DNA of 64,000 nt from Pseudonocardiaceae bacterium (GCA_035552275.1 DASZLR010000141.1:9186-73185); one strand, 5' to 3'; shown: positions 34,914 through 45,020, counted from the stretch's first letter. Translations and numbers: made by a program. The notes: a model not told the origin generated them from the sequence alone.

Positions 34914-36017
34914 ATGGCGGTGTTGATGAGTCTGGGGCTTGCGCGCACTGGCCGCTGGCTGCTGAATTCGCGGGTGGTCAGCGCGCTGGCCGTGCCGCAC
35001 GGCGTGGACCGGTATCTGGGCCTGGTCAATCCGCTCTGGTCGACGCACGAGGTGCGCGCGGTCGTCGTCGACGTCGCACACCACACCGCGGACAGCGTCA
35101 CCATCACCCTGCGGCCCAACGGCAACTGGGCCGGCGCCCAGGCCGGGCAGTATGTGCGGTTGGCGGTGGAGATCGACGGCGCCCGCCGCACGCGGTGTTT
35201 CTCGGTCGCCAGCTCCGCGCATCGGGCGGACGGTCTGATCGAGATCACCACGAAGGTGAACCCGGCCGGCGCCGTGTCCCGATACCTGAAGCAGCACGCG
35301 CGGCCCGGCCTGCGGATGGTGCTGTCGCCGGCCGAGGGCGAATTCACGCTGCCGGCCAGGGTGCCCGAGCGGCTGCTGTTGATCAGCGGCGGCAGCGGGA
35401 TCACGCCGGTGATGTCCATCCTGCGCACCCTGATCGACCAGCGGTATCCCGGCCGGATCACCTTCCTGCACTATGCCCGCACCCCAGCCGACGTCATCTA
35501 CCGCGCCGAACTCGCCGCGCTGGCCGCGGCGCGCCCGCGGCTCACGCTGGTCAATGTCTACACCCGGTCACCGGGGGCCAGCCGGTTCAGCGGGGAGCGG
35601 TTGGGCCAGGTCGCACCCGACTACGCCAAGGCGCTGACCTACGTCTGTGGCCCGGCCCCGCTGCTGGAAGCGGTGGCGGGGCTGTGGCGCGCGGAAGGGA
35701 TCGCCGACCGGCTGATGATCGAGCGGTTCACCCTCGTGTCACCCGTCGTGGACACCGAGAACGCGGTGGGCACGGTGCGGTTCACCCGCAGCGGTGTCAG
35801 CGCCCGCAACGACGGCCGCACGGTGCTGGAGCAGGCCGAGGCGGCCGGGTTGCGCCCGGAGCACGGCTGTCGGATGGGCATCTGCCACACCTGCGTCGCC
35901 CTGAAGACCATCGGCTCGGTCCGCGACGTGCGCAACGACGTGATCAGCGCCGAGCCCGATGAACGCATCCAGCTCTGCGTCACCGCACCGTGCGGCGATG
36001 TCGAGTTGGACCTCTGA
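34914..36017 (+). CDS. Ferredoxin-NAD(P) reductase-type oxidoreductase with a C-terminal 2Fe-2S domain (desaturase electron donor, Rv3230c-like)
   Basis: FNR-like FAD/NAD region (RCFSVAS, LLISGGSGITP). C-terminal plant-type ferredoxin Cys cluster CRMGICHTCV. GC3 is low upstream of 34914, so the TTG at 34776 in the track was rejected; ATG 34926 is an alternative start. Confidence 0.8.
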   Translation: MAVLMSLGLARTGRWLLNSRVVSALAVPHGVDRYLGLVNPLWSTHEVRAVVVDVAHHTADSVTITLRPNGNWAGAQAGQYVRLAVEIDGARRTRCFSVASSAHRADGLIEITTKVNPAGAVSRYLKQHARPGLRMVLSPAEGEFTLPARVPERLLLISGGSGITPVMSILRTLIDQRYPGRITFLHYARTPADVIYRAELAALAAARPRLTLVNVYTRSPGASRFSGERLGQVAPDYAKALTYVCGPAPLLEAVAGLWRAEGIADRLMIERFTLVSPVVDTENAVGTVRFTRSGVSARNDGRTVLEQAEAAGLRPEHGCRMGICHTCVALKTIGSVRDVRNDVISAEPDERIQLCVTAPCGDVELDL

Positions 36018-36018
36018 C

Positions 36019-37149
36019 ATGACAACCGACGGCGACCGAGGAGGGGACATGCGGACACCCGAACAGTGGGACGAGCTCGGCCGGGAACTCGACGCGATCC
36101 GTCGAGAGCTGGTCGAGGACCTCGGCGCGCGGGACGCGGCGTACATCCGCCGCGTCCTCAAGGCACAGCAGTGGTTCGAGGTGGCGGGCCGGGCACTGTT
36201 GTGGGCCGGCCGGTTCCCGCCCGCGTGGCTGGCCGGCACGGCGGCGCTGTCGGTCTCCAAAATCCTGGACAACATGGAGATCGGCCACAATGTCATGCAC
36301 GGTCAGTACGACTGGATGGGTGACCCCGCACTGAACTCGAAGATGTTCGAATGGGACACGGTGTGCCCGGCGGAACAGTGGCGGCACGCCCACAACTACG
36401 TGCATCACACCTACACGAATATCGTCGGCAAGGACCGAGACATCGGATACGGAATTCTGCGGATGGTCGAGGCGCAGAAATGGAGCCTGTACTACATCGG
36501 CAATCCGGTCTATGCGTTCCTGCTGATGATCGCGTTCGAGTGGGGCGTGATGCTGCACGATCTGGAGATCGAGAAGATCGTTGCCGGGAAGAAGACGTGG
36601 GCGCAGACCAAGGGCTCCCGCCGGCAGATGTGGCACAAGGGGGTCAAGCAGGTCGTCAAGGACTACCTGCTGTTCCCGCTCCTGTCCGGCCGTGGCGCGG
36701 CAGCCACCCTGGCCGGCAACGCCACCGCGAACCTGGTGCGCAACCTGTGGGCGTTCAGCATCATTTTCTGCGGGCATTTTCCGGACGGCGTGGCCGACTT
36801 CACCGAGAAGGAATGCCAGAACGAGACCCGCGGCCAGTGGTACTACCGGCAGATGCTCGGCTCGTCCAACATCGATGGCGGCAAGCTGTTCCACGTCATG
36901 ACCGGGAATCTGGACTTCCAGATCGAACACCACCTGTTCCCGGACATTCCGGCCCGGCGCTACCAGGAGATCGCGCCGCGGATTCGGGAGATCTGCGACC
37001 GCTACGGCCTGAACTACAACACCGGCCCGCTGGGCAAGCAGATCGGCAGCGTGTGGCAGAAGATCTTCCGCCTCGCCCTGCCGCCGAAACGCCGTGCCGC
37101 ACCGACCGACGGCCACCACCTTCGGGCCGTGCCCGCGACCGCCGCCTGA
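36019..37149 (+). CDS. desA3: Membrane fatty acyl desaturase (DesA3-like acyl-CoA desaturase)
   Basis: Three His boxes are present: HNVMHG, HNYVHH and QIEHHLFP. The ATG lies 1 nt after the reductase stop. The reductase-plus-desaturase pairing matches mycobacterial Rv3230c/DesA3. Confidence 0.85.
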   Translation: MTTDGDRGGDMRTPEQWDELGRELDAIRRELVEDLGARDAAYIRRVLKAQQWFEVAGRALLWAGRFPPAWLAGTAALSVSKILDNMEIGHNVMHGQYDWMGDPALNSKMFEWDTVCPAEQWRHAHNYVHHTYTNIVGKDRDIGYGILRMVEAQKWSLYYIGNPVYAFLLMIAFEWGVMLHDLEIEKIVAGKKTWAQTKGSRRQMWHKGVKQVVKDYLLFPLLSGRGAAATLAGNATANLVRNLWAFSIIFCGHFPDGVADFTEKECQNETRGQWYYRQMLGSSNIDGGKLFHVMTGNLDFQIEHHLFPDIPARRYQEIAPRIREICDRYGLNYNTGPLGKQIGSVWQKIFRLALPPKRRAAPTDGHHLRAVPATAA

Positions 37150-37164
37150 CCCGAGGGAGGACTC

Positions 37165-38958
37165 ATGACAGTGACACCGGCACAAGCACAATGGACGCCC
37201 GAGATCGGAGCGACCGAGGAACAATCGCTGCCGGCCGCGGTGGCTCGGTGGGCCGAGCTACAGGGCGACGAGCGAGCGGTCGCCTTCGTTGACTACCTGA
37301 GCGACCCGGACGAGACCACCACCGCACTGACCTGGCGGCAGCTCAATACCCGGGTGGACGCGGTCGCGGCCCGGTGCCAGCAGCTGGCCAAGCGGGGCGA
37401 CCGGGCGGGTGTCCTGATCGGACAGTCGGCGGACTATGTGGTCGCCTTCCTCGGCGCGCTGCGGGCGGGGTTGGTCGCGGTGCCGATGTTCGACCCGGCT
37501 CCGCTGCCGGGACACCTGGAGCGGCTCGCCGCGGTGATGGCCGACTGCGAGCCCGCGCTCGTGCTGACTACCGAGGGCCACGCTGACGCGGTCGAAGACT
37601 TTCTCCTTGAACATTCGCTGCTCGGTCCTCGACTCATCACCGTGGACAGCCTGCCGCCGGTGACCGCCGGGGAGTACCAGCCGGCGCGGCTGCGGCCCGA
37701 CGATCTCGCCTACCTGCAGTACACCTCGGGTTCGACCCGGACCCCGGCCGGAGTGATGATCACGCACGGGAACGTGGTGGCCAACGCCCAGCACGGTTAC
37801 GACGCCTACTGCTGTGAGCGCGGCCGCACCACCTCGGTGAGTTGGCTGCCGTTGTTCCACGACATGGGGCTGGTGGTCGGCCTGGCCACGCCGATACTCG
37901 GCGGCTTCCCGGCCACGCTGATGGACCCGCTGGCGTTCCTCGCCCGGCCGCAGCGGTGGCTGGAACAACTCGCCGCGACCCCCGGACCGGCGGTGTCCGC
38001 CGCGCCCAACTTCGCCTACGGCTACACCGCCTCGCGCACCTCGGAGCAGGAGAAGGCGTCGTTGCGGCTGGACCACGTCGTGTCGCTCGGGGACGGCAGC
38101 GAACCCGTGCTGCCGGCCACGCTGAACGCGTTCTATGGAAAGTTCGCCGACTGCGGTCTGGCGCCACGGATGCACCGGCACACCTATGGCCTGGCCGAAG
38201 CGGTGGTCATGGTCTCGGTGTCGGCTGCCGGTGCCCCGCCCCGGCAGGCCAGTTTCGACCGAGCCAGCCTCGCCGCTGGCAAGGCTGTCATCGTCGAGCC
38301 GGGAATCGAGTCGAGTTCGACACTGGTGTCAGCCGGACAACCGGTCGACCAGCTCATCCGGATCGTCAACCCGGAGACCGCGGCCGTCCTGCCGGACGGC
38401 GAGGTCGGCGAGATCTGGGCGAGCGGGCCGAACGTCGGACAGGGCTACTGGGGCCGGAAAGCCGACTCGGTGAGCGTGTTCCAAGCCCAACTCTTCGACG
38501 AGCACGACCAATTGGTCGCGTCCTACCCGGGCCGATCCGGCTGGCTGCGAACCGGTGACCTGGGCCTCGTCCTGGACGGCGATCTGTTCATCACCGGCCG
38601 GCTCAAGGACCTGATCATCGTCGATGGCCACAACCACTACCCCCAGGATATCGAGTACACCGTCGAGCGTGCCCATCCGGCGATCCGCCGGCACGCCGTC
38701 GCAGCGTTCTCCGTGCCCACCGAGTTCGGTGAACGAGCCGTCGTGGTGGCCGAGCGGGCCAAACAGGTGACGGCGAACCAACTAGAAGGCGTCGATGTCG
38801 CCGGCGTCGTCCGCGCCGCCGTCTCTCAGCAGCACGGACTGTCCCTACGGGACGTCCTGGTCATCGGCCCCGGTGAACTGCCCCGCACGTCCAGCGGCAA
38901 GATCCAACGGTCCGCCTGCCGGACGCGGTACGCCGAGGATGCCTTCGGAGCCGGCTAG
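37165..38958 (+). CDS. Fatty acyl-AMP ligase (FAAL, FadD32-like)
   Basis: RBS gggagg precedes the start. Adenylation motifs LQYTSGSTRTPAGVMITHGN, WLRTGDLG and PRTSSGKIQR. Size and N-terminal pattern are typical of FAALs. Confidence 0.8.
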   Translation: MTVTPAQAQWTPEIGATEEQSLPAAVARWAELQGDERAVAFVDYLSDPDETTTALTWRQLNTRVDAVAARCQQLAKRGDRAGVLIGQSADYVVAFLGALRAGLVAVPMFDPAPLPGHLERLAAVMADCEPALVLTTEGHADAVEDFLLEHSLLGPRLITVDSLPPVTAGEYQPARLRPDDLAYLQYTSGSTRTPAGVMITHGNVVANAQHGYDAYCCERGRTTSVSWLPLFHDMGLVVGLATPILGGFPATLMDPLAFLARPQRWLEQLAATPGPAVSAAPNFAYGYTASRTSEQEKASLRLDHVVSLGDGSEPVLPATLNAFYGKFADCGLAPRMHRHTYGLAEAVVMVSVSAAGAPPRQASFDRASLAAGKAVIVEPGIESSSTLVSAGQPVDQLIRIVNPETAAVLPDGEVGEIWASGPNVGQGYWGRKADSVSVFQAQLFDEHDQLVASYPGRSGWLRTGDLGLVLDGDLFITGRLKDLIIVDGHNHYPQDIEYTVERAHPAIRRHAVAAFSVPTEFGERAVVVAERAKQVTANQLEGVDVAGVVRAAVSQQHGLSLRDVLVIGPGELPRTSSGKIQRSACRTRYAEDAFGAG

Positions 38959-38983
38959 GGCCGGCCGATCACCTTCGCGCTGG

Positions 38984-39175
38984 TCAACGCGCCAGACCGA
39001 ATCTGTGAAGTTGGTTGACTCGGGGTTTTTGTTCCCGGTCAATGTATTTTGGCGGGATGAAGATGGGCGTGCCATTGTCCACGTCTACTTTCCAGGTGGA
39101 GTGGTGGATCAAACCATGATGGGCGCGGCACAACAGCACCAGATTGTCCAATGAGGTCGATCCGCCATCGGCCCA
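38984..39175 (-). CDS. DUF222/HNH endonuclease, exon 2 (3' part of an intron-interrupted gene)
   Basis: Reading the minus strand from 39175 gives WADGGSTSLDNLVLLCRAHHGLIHHSTWKV...GLAR followed by a stop. This is the second half of an HNH motif and is contiguous in frame with exon 1 once 39176-43878 is removed. Confidence 0.85.
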   Translation of the reverse strand, partial: WADGGSTSLDNLVLLCRAHHGLIHHSTWKVDVDNGTPIFIPPKYIDREQKPRVNQLHRFGLAR

Positions 39176-39240
39176 GTGAGGATCGGCCAGGGGCGCGGTG
39201 ACCATCTTTCGATGGTTCCGTTTCCCCTGGCCGCCCTCCC

Positions 39241-39274
<34 letters not shown>

Positions 39275-39282
39275 TCCACGAG

Positions 39283-40737
39283 TCACGCTGTGGCGGTTGT
39301 CGGTTCGTCCCACGGCGTTGGGATCTTGCTGCCCCGGTAACGGTAACGTTTGATCGTCATCGTAGTGGGTTGGTAGAGCCTGACGCCATCGTGTTCCGGA
39401 ATCGATCCGTCGTAATAGTGGCGGATGATCCACCGTTTGCTGGTGCGCGGGTGTTTGTTGTTCAGCCATCTCCAGATCCGCCACCACAGGTAGTTTTGCA
39501 GACTGTGGTAGGCGGCGCTGGACGACCCGTGCCGGAAATACTGTGACCATCCTCGGGTCATACTGTTGAGTTGCCGCAACAACTCACTCAAGGATTGGTG
39601 GGTGATCCGTTTGGTAACCGTCTTCACCTTCCGTCGAATAGCCTGTTGGGACTTCTTCGACGGGTAGGAGTAGATCAGCTTCCGGTTGCTCCCCTTCTGG
39701 GTGTGCCGCTGGATGTGGAACCCCAGAAAGTCGAAGCCCTCGTCGATATGCACAACCTGCGTTTTCTCCGGAGCCAGCCGCAACCCGACCTCGGACAGGA
39801 CGTCACCGACCTCCTCCCACTGCGCTTGCGCGTGCGCCCGAGTGCCGTTCACCAGGATCACGAAATCGTCCGCGTACCGCACCAGGCGGTACGTGGCTTT
39901 CCCGCGACGCCGATACCGCATCCGAGCGTCCGCGTTGCGGTGCGCGTTCCATCTCGCATCGAAATAATCATCGAGATGAGACAGGGCGAGATTGGCCAGC
40001 AGAGGTGAAAGAATTCCACCCTGCGGGGTCCCGGTATTGGTGTCCCGATTGAGTCCCCGCTCGTCCAGGACCCCGGCCTTCAGGAACGCCTTCACCAGGC
40101 TGATCACCCGCTTGTCGGTGGCACGTCGACGCAACCGATCCAGCAGAGCGGTATGGTCGATCTCATCGAAACACGCGGCGATATCGCCCTCGAAGACCCA
40201 CTCATACCCCTCGCGGGCGTACTTACGGATCTCTTCGATAGCGTCCTGAGCACGACGTTCCGGCCGGAACCCATAACTGGACGGACCGAAATCCGTTTCC
40301 AGGATCGGTTCCAACACCAGCTTCAAGGATGCCTGCACGACACGGTCGGCAATCGTGGGAATACCCAGGCTACGCAGTTTGCCGTTCGCCTTCGGGATCA
40401 CCGTGCGCCGTACCGGAACCGGGCGAAACGTCCGGGCCTTCAATTGCACCCGAACCTCCTCCAGGAACCCGTCCACACCGCGCTGGGAGTCTTCGATCGA
40501 CCGCGCGGTCCGCTTGTCGATCCCCGCACTCCGGGCACCCTTGTTCTCCCGAACCCGACTCCATGCCGTGACAAGGAATGCCGGGTCCGCCACGAGGTTG
40601 TACAGATCATCGAACCGACGACCGGAATCGGCCGCCGCCCAACGGTGCAGTTTCGTCTGCATCCCCAGTACCCGCCGTCTTGCCGTGTCCGGCACGGCTA
40701 GCAGGGCACCAATATTCATCGGCGCGTCTTCTGGCAT
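39283..40737 (-). CDS. Group II intron-encoded reverse transcriptase/maturase (no endonuclease domain), outer intron
   Basis: RT motifs are present (GIPTIADRVVQ, RYADDFVILV) along with the maturase X region. The protein ends RYRYRGSKIPTPW without a C-terminal HNH. I chose the ATG at 40737 (MPEDAPMNIG...) because the track start at 40812 would cross the predicted inner-intron junction. Confidence 0.85.
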   Translation of the reverse strand: MPEDAPMNIGALLAVPDTARRRVLGMQTKLHRWAAADSGRRFDDLYNLVADPAFLVTAWSRVRENKGARSAGIDKRTARSIEDSQRGVDGFLEEVRVQLKARTFRPVPVRRTVIPKANGKLRSLGIPTIADRVVQASLKLVLEPILETDFGPSSYGFRPERRAQDAIEEIRKYAREGYEWVFEGDIAACFDEIDHTALLDRLRRRATDKRVISLVKAFLKAGVLDERGLNRDTNTGTPQGGILSPLLANLALSHLDDYFDARWNAHRNADARMRYRRRGKATYRLVRYADDFVILVNGTRAHAQAQWEEVGDVLSEVGLRLAPEKTQVVHIDEGFDFLGFHIQRHTQKGSNRKLIYSYPSKKSQQAIRRKVKTVTKRITHQSLSELLRQLNSMTRGWSQYFRHGSSSAAYHSLQNYLWWRIWRWLNNKHPRTSKRWIIRHYYDGSIPEHDGVRLYQPTTMTIKRYRYRGSKIPTPWDEPTTATA

Positions 40738-40833
40738 AAACAGATCCTTCCGCTGCTGACTCGCTGTCGCCCTTCGCCATGTGGACGGCTTTGTCGGGTA
40801 GCCGGAGCGCATTGCTGCGCCCCGGCCCCCTCA

Positions 40834-40868
40834 GAACCGTGCGTGCCACTCGTCGCGGCACACGGCTC
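40834..40868 (-). ncRNA. Group II intron domain V (inner intron)
   Basis: The minus strand reads GAGCCGTGTGCCGCGACGAGTGGCACGCACGGTTC. It has an AGC triad and a basal stem GAGCCGTG/CACGGTTC, and it overlaps the IEP stop codon. Confidence 0.8.
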
Positions 40869-42669
40869 AAGCAAGCCGTGATGGCTCGCAGGCAGACAGA
40901 AATGCCGGTCCTCCGAAGCTGTCGGCATTGTGCCGACGTTTGCAGGAGGTGTGCACGAGACGGATGACCGTGTCCGACATGCCGAGTCCACTGTCGACGG
41001 TGACATGGTGCCTGCTCATCGCCTTGCGGATCACCACCATCCACCGCTCCCATTCGCGTGGGCTCTGTGGCTGGTGGTCAGCGTGCAAGAGGAGTTCACC
41101 GCAGAGTGGGCAGCGCCCATGTTGCAGCTTGAGCAGCCGCAGCCCGAACGCATCAATCGGCGGCGGCGCTCCTTTGCGTCGCCTATCGGCCCAATAGTCG
41201 GTCAGGCCCGGATCGTCTGGCGACGACGTGCCGGAGACCATCTGGTGTCGGACGATCTTCGTCCAGGCGAACTTGCGTAGATGGGCGTTGGTGTCACGGT
41301 CACCGAAGACCCATCTGTCCTGTCTGGACTTGTTGAACTGGCCGAAGTACCGGGTGACGATCCAGTGCCTCGACTTGTTCTGGTGGCCATGCTTGGCCCA
41401 CTTGTAGGCGAGCTTCCACATGTAGTCGTCCAGCGCCGTGAACGCCGTGCTGGACACCACCGTCCGGTAGTAGGCCGACCAGCCGCGCACGATCGGATCG
41501 ATCGCGTGCAGCACTGCACTGACATTGGCCCCGCGCAGGGCTTTCATTTCGGTGCGGAGCCGTTCCCGGATCCGTCTCAAGGCCGCCGGGCTCGGCTTGA
41601 TCAGCAGCTTGCCGTCGTATCGGCGGACGTTGAACCCCAAGAAGTCGAAGCCATCCTGTTCAACGTGGACGATGCGCGTCTTGTCCTCGTTGAACGCCAG
41701 ACCTCTCGGGGCCAGCCAGACGGCGAGCCGTGTCTTGACCTGTTCGGCCTCGTCGCGTGAATGACACAACGCGACCAGGTCGTCGGCATACCTGATCAGC
41801 GCCGGGCAGCCTTCCACCGACTCGGCGGCGTGCGTGCCGAGCTTGCGGTAGCGGACACCGGCGGCCTGTTCCAATCCATGCAAGGCAACGTTGAGCAACA
41901 AGGGACTGACGACTCCGCCCTGGGGAGTTCCTTCTTCGGTCGGAGTCAACCGATCACGCTCGACCACTCCCGCTTTCAGCCACTGCTCGACCAACCCTCT
42001 CGCGGGGAACGAGCCGAGCTGGGCGAGGAGGTGGTTGTGGTCGATGCGGTCGAACGCCGCTGTCAGATCCGCGTCCAACACCCACATCCGCCGAGGGTTG
42101 CGGCCCTTGAGCGTGAGATAGATGGCTGAGATCGCGTCCTGACAGCCGCGGCCGGGCCTGAAGCCGTAGGACTTCGGCTCGAACCGCGCTTCCCACTCAG
42201 GTTCCAGCGCGTTGACCACCCGCGCTTGAAGGACCCGGTCAGCGATCACCGGGATACCCAAGGGGCGCTGCTTTCCGTTGGCCTTCGGGATCAGCACTCG
42301 CTTGACCGGCCGGGGCTTCCACGACGACGAGCGATACTGCGCCCAGCGGGCCAACTCGGCCTTGGACTGCGGCAGCAACGCCGTCCTTCCATCCACCCCA
42401 GGGGTCGTGCGACCAGCGTTGATCTCCGTCACTCGGCGAACGCTCAGCAGTGTGTTCGCGCGAGATCGGAGCATCAGCTTCTGTAAGTTGCGGACCCGTT
42501 TGAGGTCCCCTGCCTGCGACGCCGTGAAGATCCTCTGCCTCAGACGCCGTACGTCGTCCTCGAGGGCCCGCCAGTCGATCGCTTGCCAGTCAAGGATTCT
42601 GTCCTCTGGTCCGTTCACCACCGTTGTGGTGGTGTCCAACTTGTCCGTCGGTTCTGGTGTCATCCTCAT
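40867..42669 (-). CDS. Group II intron-encoded reverse transcriptase/maturase with a C-terminal HNH endonuclease domain, inner intron
   Basis: 600 aa. The N-terminus DWQAIDWRALEDDVRRLRQRIF is typical of IEPs. RT motifs GIPVIADRVLQ and IRYADDLVAL are present, as is an X domain. The C-terminal CPLCGELLL...HHV...VHTSCKRRH is an En domain. Confidence 0.9.
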   Translation of the reverse strand: MRMTPEPTDKLDTTTTVVNGPEDRILDWQAIDWRALEDDVRRLRQRIFTASQAGDLKRVRNLQKLMLRSRANTLLSVRRVTEINAGRTTPGVDGRTALLPQSKAELARWAQYRSSSWKPRPVKRVLIPKANGKQRPLGIPVIADRVLQARVVNALEPEWEARFEPKSYGFRPGRGCQDAISAIYLTLKGRNPRRMWVLDADLTAAFDRIDHNHLLAQLGSFPARGLVEQWLKAGVVERDRLTPTEEGTPQGGVVSPLLLNVALHGLEQAAGVRYRKLGTHAAESVEGCPALIRYADDLVALCHSRDEAEQVKTRLAVWLAPRGLAFNEDKTRIVHVEQDGFDFLGFNVRRYDGKLLIKPSPAALRRIRERLRTEMKALRGANVSAVLHAIDPIVRGWSAYYRTVVSSTAFTALDDYMWKLAYKWAKHGHQNKSRHWIVTRYFGQFNKSRQDRWVFGDRDTNAHLRKFAWTKIVRHQMVSGTSSPDDPGLTDYWADRRRKGAPPPIDAFGLRLLKLQHGRCPLCGELLLHADHQPQSPREWERWMVVIRKAMSRHHVTVDSGLGMSDTVIRLVHTSCKRRHNADSFGGPAFLSACEPSRLA

Positions 42670-43878
42670 CGTTTCTTCACGAGCTCACCTGGCCCACGTC
42701 AGCACCCTTTCGGGTCCGGGTATCGACCCGGTATCCGGCCAGTTATCCGAAGCGACCGGCGAAGGAACTGGTTATGCTGCCTCGGTTTCCTGCTTCCTTT
42801 CGGCGACCGGCATTGGCTTCTTGGGCCATCCTGCGTCCGCTGGAGGATCGGGCCTTCCTCACGGTCGGCTTGCCGGAAACATCGTTGTTCCCGGACTCCA
42901 ACGGAGTTGTCACGTTCCGCACGAGCGAGATCCGACCGGGGTGGGTGCCCCCTATACCCCGAGGACGACGGTGTTCTCCCGACCAGCATAGGGTCTTCCG
43001 GTCGGCGTCTGCCGCTTTTCAGCGGCCAGTCCTTGACCCTGCTGCAACATCCCATCGGCGGGGTTTCCGATGACGAGGCATCATCAGGGGTTCACTCGCG
43101 TTCACCCGTCCGGTCTTCCCCGTGACCTGTGACTCCCGGATGGAACGGGAGTCCTTGGGTCTGTTCACCTGAGCTTCGAACCCCGCCGTTACCAGCGACG
43201 CACGTCAGGCCGGGGACAGATCCACGAACACCGACCTGGAACTACACCTTCGACATCAGTCGAACCTCCAAAATGCGTTCACTCAACTCGTGCGACCTCG
43301 TGTCGCACCCCGCCCTCGGACTACTACGGCGACTCCGCCCCACTCCGAGACCATCGATGGGCAATGGCATCTACCCGCCGCACCACCGGCCGTGGCGCGA
43401 GTAGGGAGTCCCGAACTGGTTCCCGTGTTCACGTGATTCCGATCGATGGAGGAGGCATCCAGCTTTACCCCGACGGCTCCCCGCGAGTACGCCACAGACA
43501 TTCCCCGCAGGCTGCCCGAACCCACCAACCCGATTCGGACGGGCGCTACACCTACCATTCGGTTCACGCGCACCGCTTACCGACCCACATGCACCGCCAG
43601 CCAAAACTTACCGTGACGGTGACATCCATCCACCAGGTTCGAGTCGGTTCCACTTAACGAGGCCTCAGACACTGGTTTCTCGCGTATACCTTTCCATCTC
43701 GCTCACCGAGCCCGCCTCATCTGGCAGTGCTGACACGACTCGACTTTGTCAGGGCCGCTTGCCACCCAACCCACCATTCCCACGGGTCAGGCTGCCCTCA
43801 GCTTCACCGAACCGCTGTGACGATTCGGCGGCAGAGTCCTTTCACCTCCGCTCGGAAATCACGCGCCTCACGGCGCAC

Positions 43879-44919
43879 GTGCACACGGTGGTGCGCGTTT
43901 GTCCATTGTGGAGGACGATCGCAGCTCGGAAACGCGCATCCTCGGTCCCGGAACACCAACGCCTTCCGGATCGCGGTCGGGATCGTGCGGCTGCTCCGAC
44001 CGACATCGAGGGGTTCGGAGCGGGACCCGAGCACCATGGGCAGGATGCGCGCATCGCAGGCGATCCGCCGGGCCTGGGAGGCTTTCAGGCTCAGTCCGCC
44101 TTCCAGGGTGGCGGTGTGCAGGGTTGCGCCGGCGACTTGGTCGCGTAGCACGTCCCAGGGCAGGGTGACGGTGAGGTGCGGTTTCTGGCCGCCGTCCTCG
44201 GGGAGTTCGCCGGAGTCGGTGACGAGTTTGAAGACATCGGCCAGGGCGTCGCCGTGGCGCTCGGCGAGCGTGCGGCGGTCCGGCCGACCCTCGTCGCCGC
44301 GCGGTGTGGACAGTGCGGACAGGGTTCCGGTGAACAGGGCCCCGGTTTCGGGTTCCAGATCACAGATCGCGACGACCCGTCCGGATTTCTTCACGGTGTA
44401 GCGGACTTCGTTGCGCGGTGTGGCGAGCTCGTCTTCGTGCGGCGCCGATCCGTCCTGGTCCTCGCGGGCGAGGATCTCACGGCCCAGCCGCCGCACGATC
44501 AACGGATCCAACTGGTGGGCGGCCTGCACCAGAATCCGCTGCGTCGACTCGTACAACTCGGGGGCCAGGGGTGGGAGTTTGGCGAGGGTGTCCACGATGA
44601 CCGTGATGTGCTCGGGGTGTAGCACCCCGGCATCAGCGGCCGCCCCCATGATCGACCACTTCTCGAGTTGTCCGGCCCGCTGCACCCGGCGCTTCGCGTC
44701 GGCGGTGGTGATCGCCAACCGGTCGTGCAGCAACGCCGCGGTGTCCCGATGCCCCCAGTCGCGGGCCACACCACGGCGGTCCAACTCGCCGATGGCGCGC
44801 AGCATCCGCGCGTGTCGCAGCCGATCCTCACGCTCCAACTCGGCGATCTGATCGAGCAACTCCTCATCACCGCAACGCCACCATCCGGCGTCCGGCGCGT
44901 CTTCCCGTTGAGTGCTCAT
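43879..44919 (-). CDS. DUF222/HNH endonuclease (13E12-repeat-family-like), exon 1
   Basis: The N-terminus MSTQREDAPDAGWWRCGDEELLDQIAELER... has DUF222-like character. The exon ends ...CAFPSCDRPPQWTNAHHRVH at 43879. The track ORF continues into the intron for 24 codons and then stops. Confidence 0.85.
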
Positions 44920-45020
44920 ACCTCCATGATCACCGGGAAGTGATCGCGGCGCATCACTCGATCGAGTGATAGGTCGAACGAATGTTCGATACGCTGAGTG
45001 ATGCTGGCGGGTCGAGAAAG

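Larger units (their letters stand above)
40793..43308 (-). mobile_element. Inner (nested) group II intron, about 2516 nt, inserted in domain IV of the outer intron
   Basis: The minus strand from 43308 reads GTGCGACACGAGGTCGCAC, which is 639 nt upstream of the IEP start. Domain V lies at 40834-40868. A DVI-like hairpin (GCCGGGGCGCA GCAA TGCGCTCCGGC) is followed by TACCCGAC, ending near 40793. The boundaries are inferred and not verified by EBS/IBS pairing. Confidence 0.6.

Noticed and set aside
39283-42669. The two reverse-transcriptase ORFs as a possible retron, DRT or other RT-based defence system
   Set aside because: Both have the group II IEP layout (RT 0-7 with YADD, and a maturase X domain). 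Each is followed immediately by a canonical domain V/VI RNA. The insert has GUGCG...AC ends, and its removal restores the host ORF. These are therefore group II introns. There is no msr/msd-like or effector gene context.
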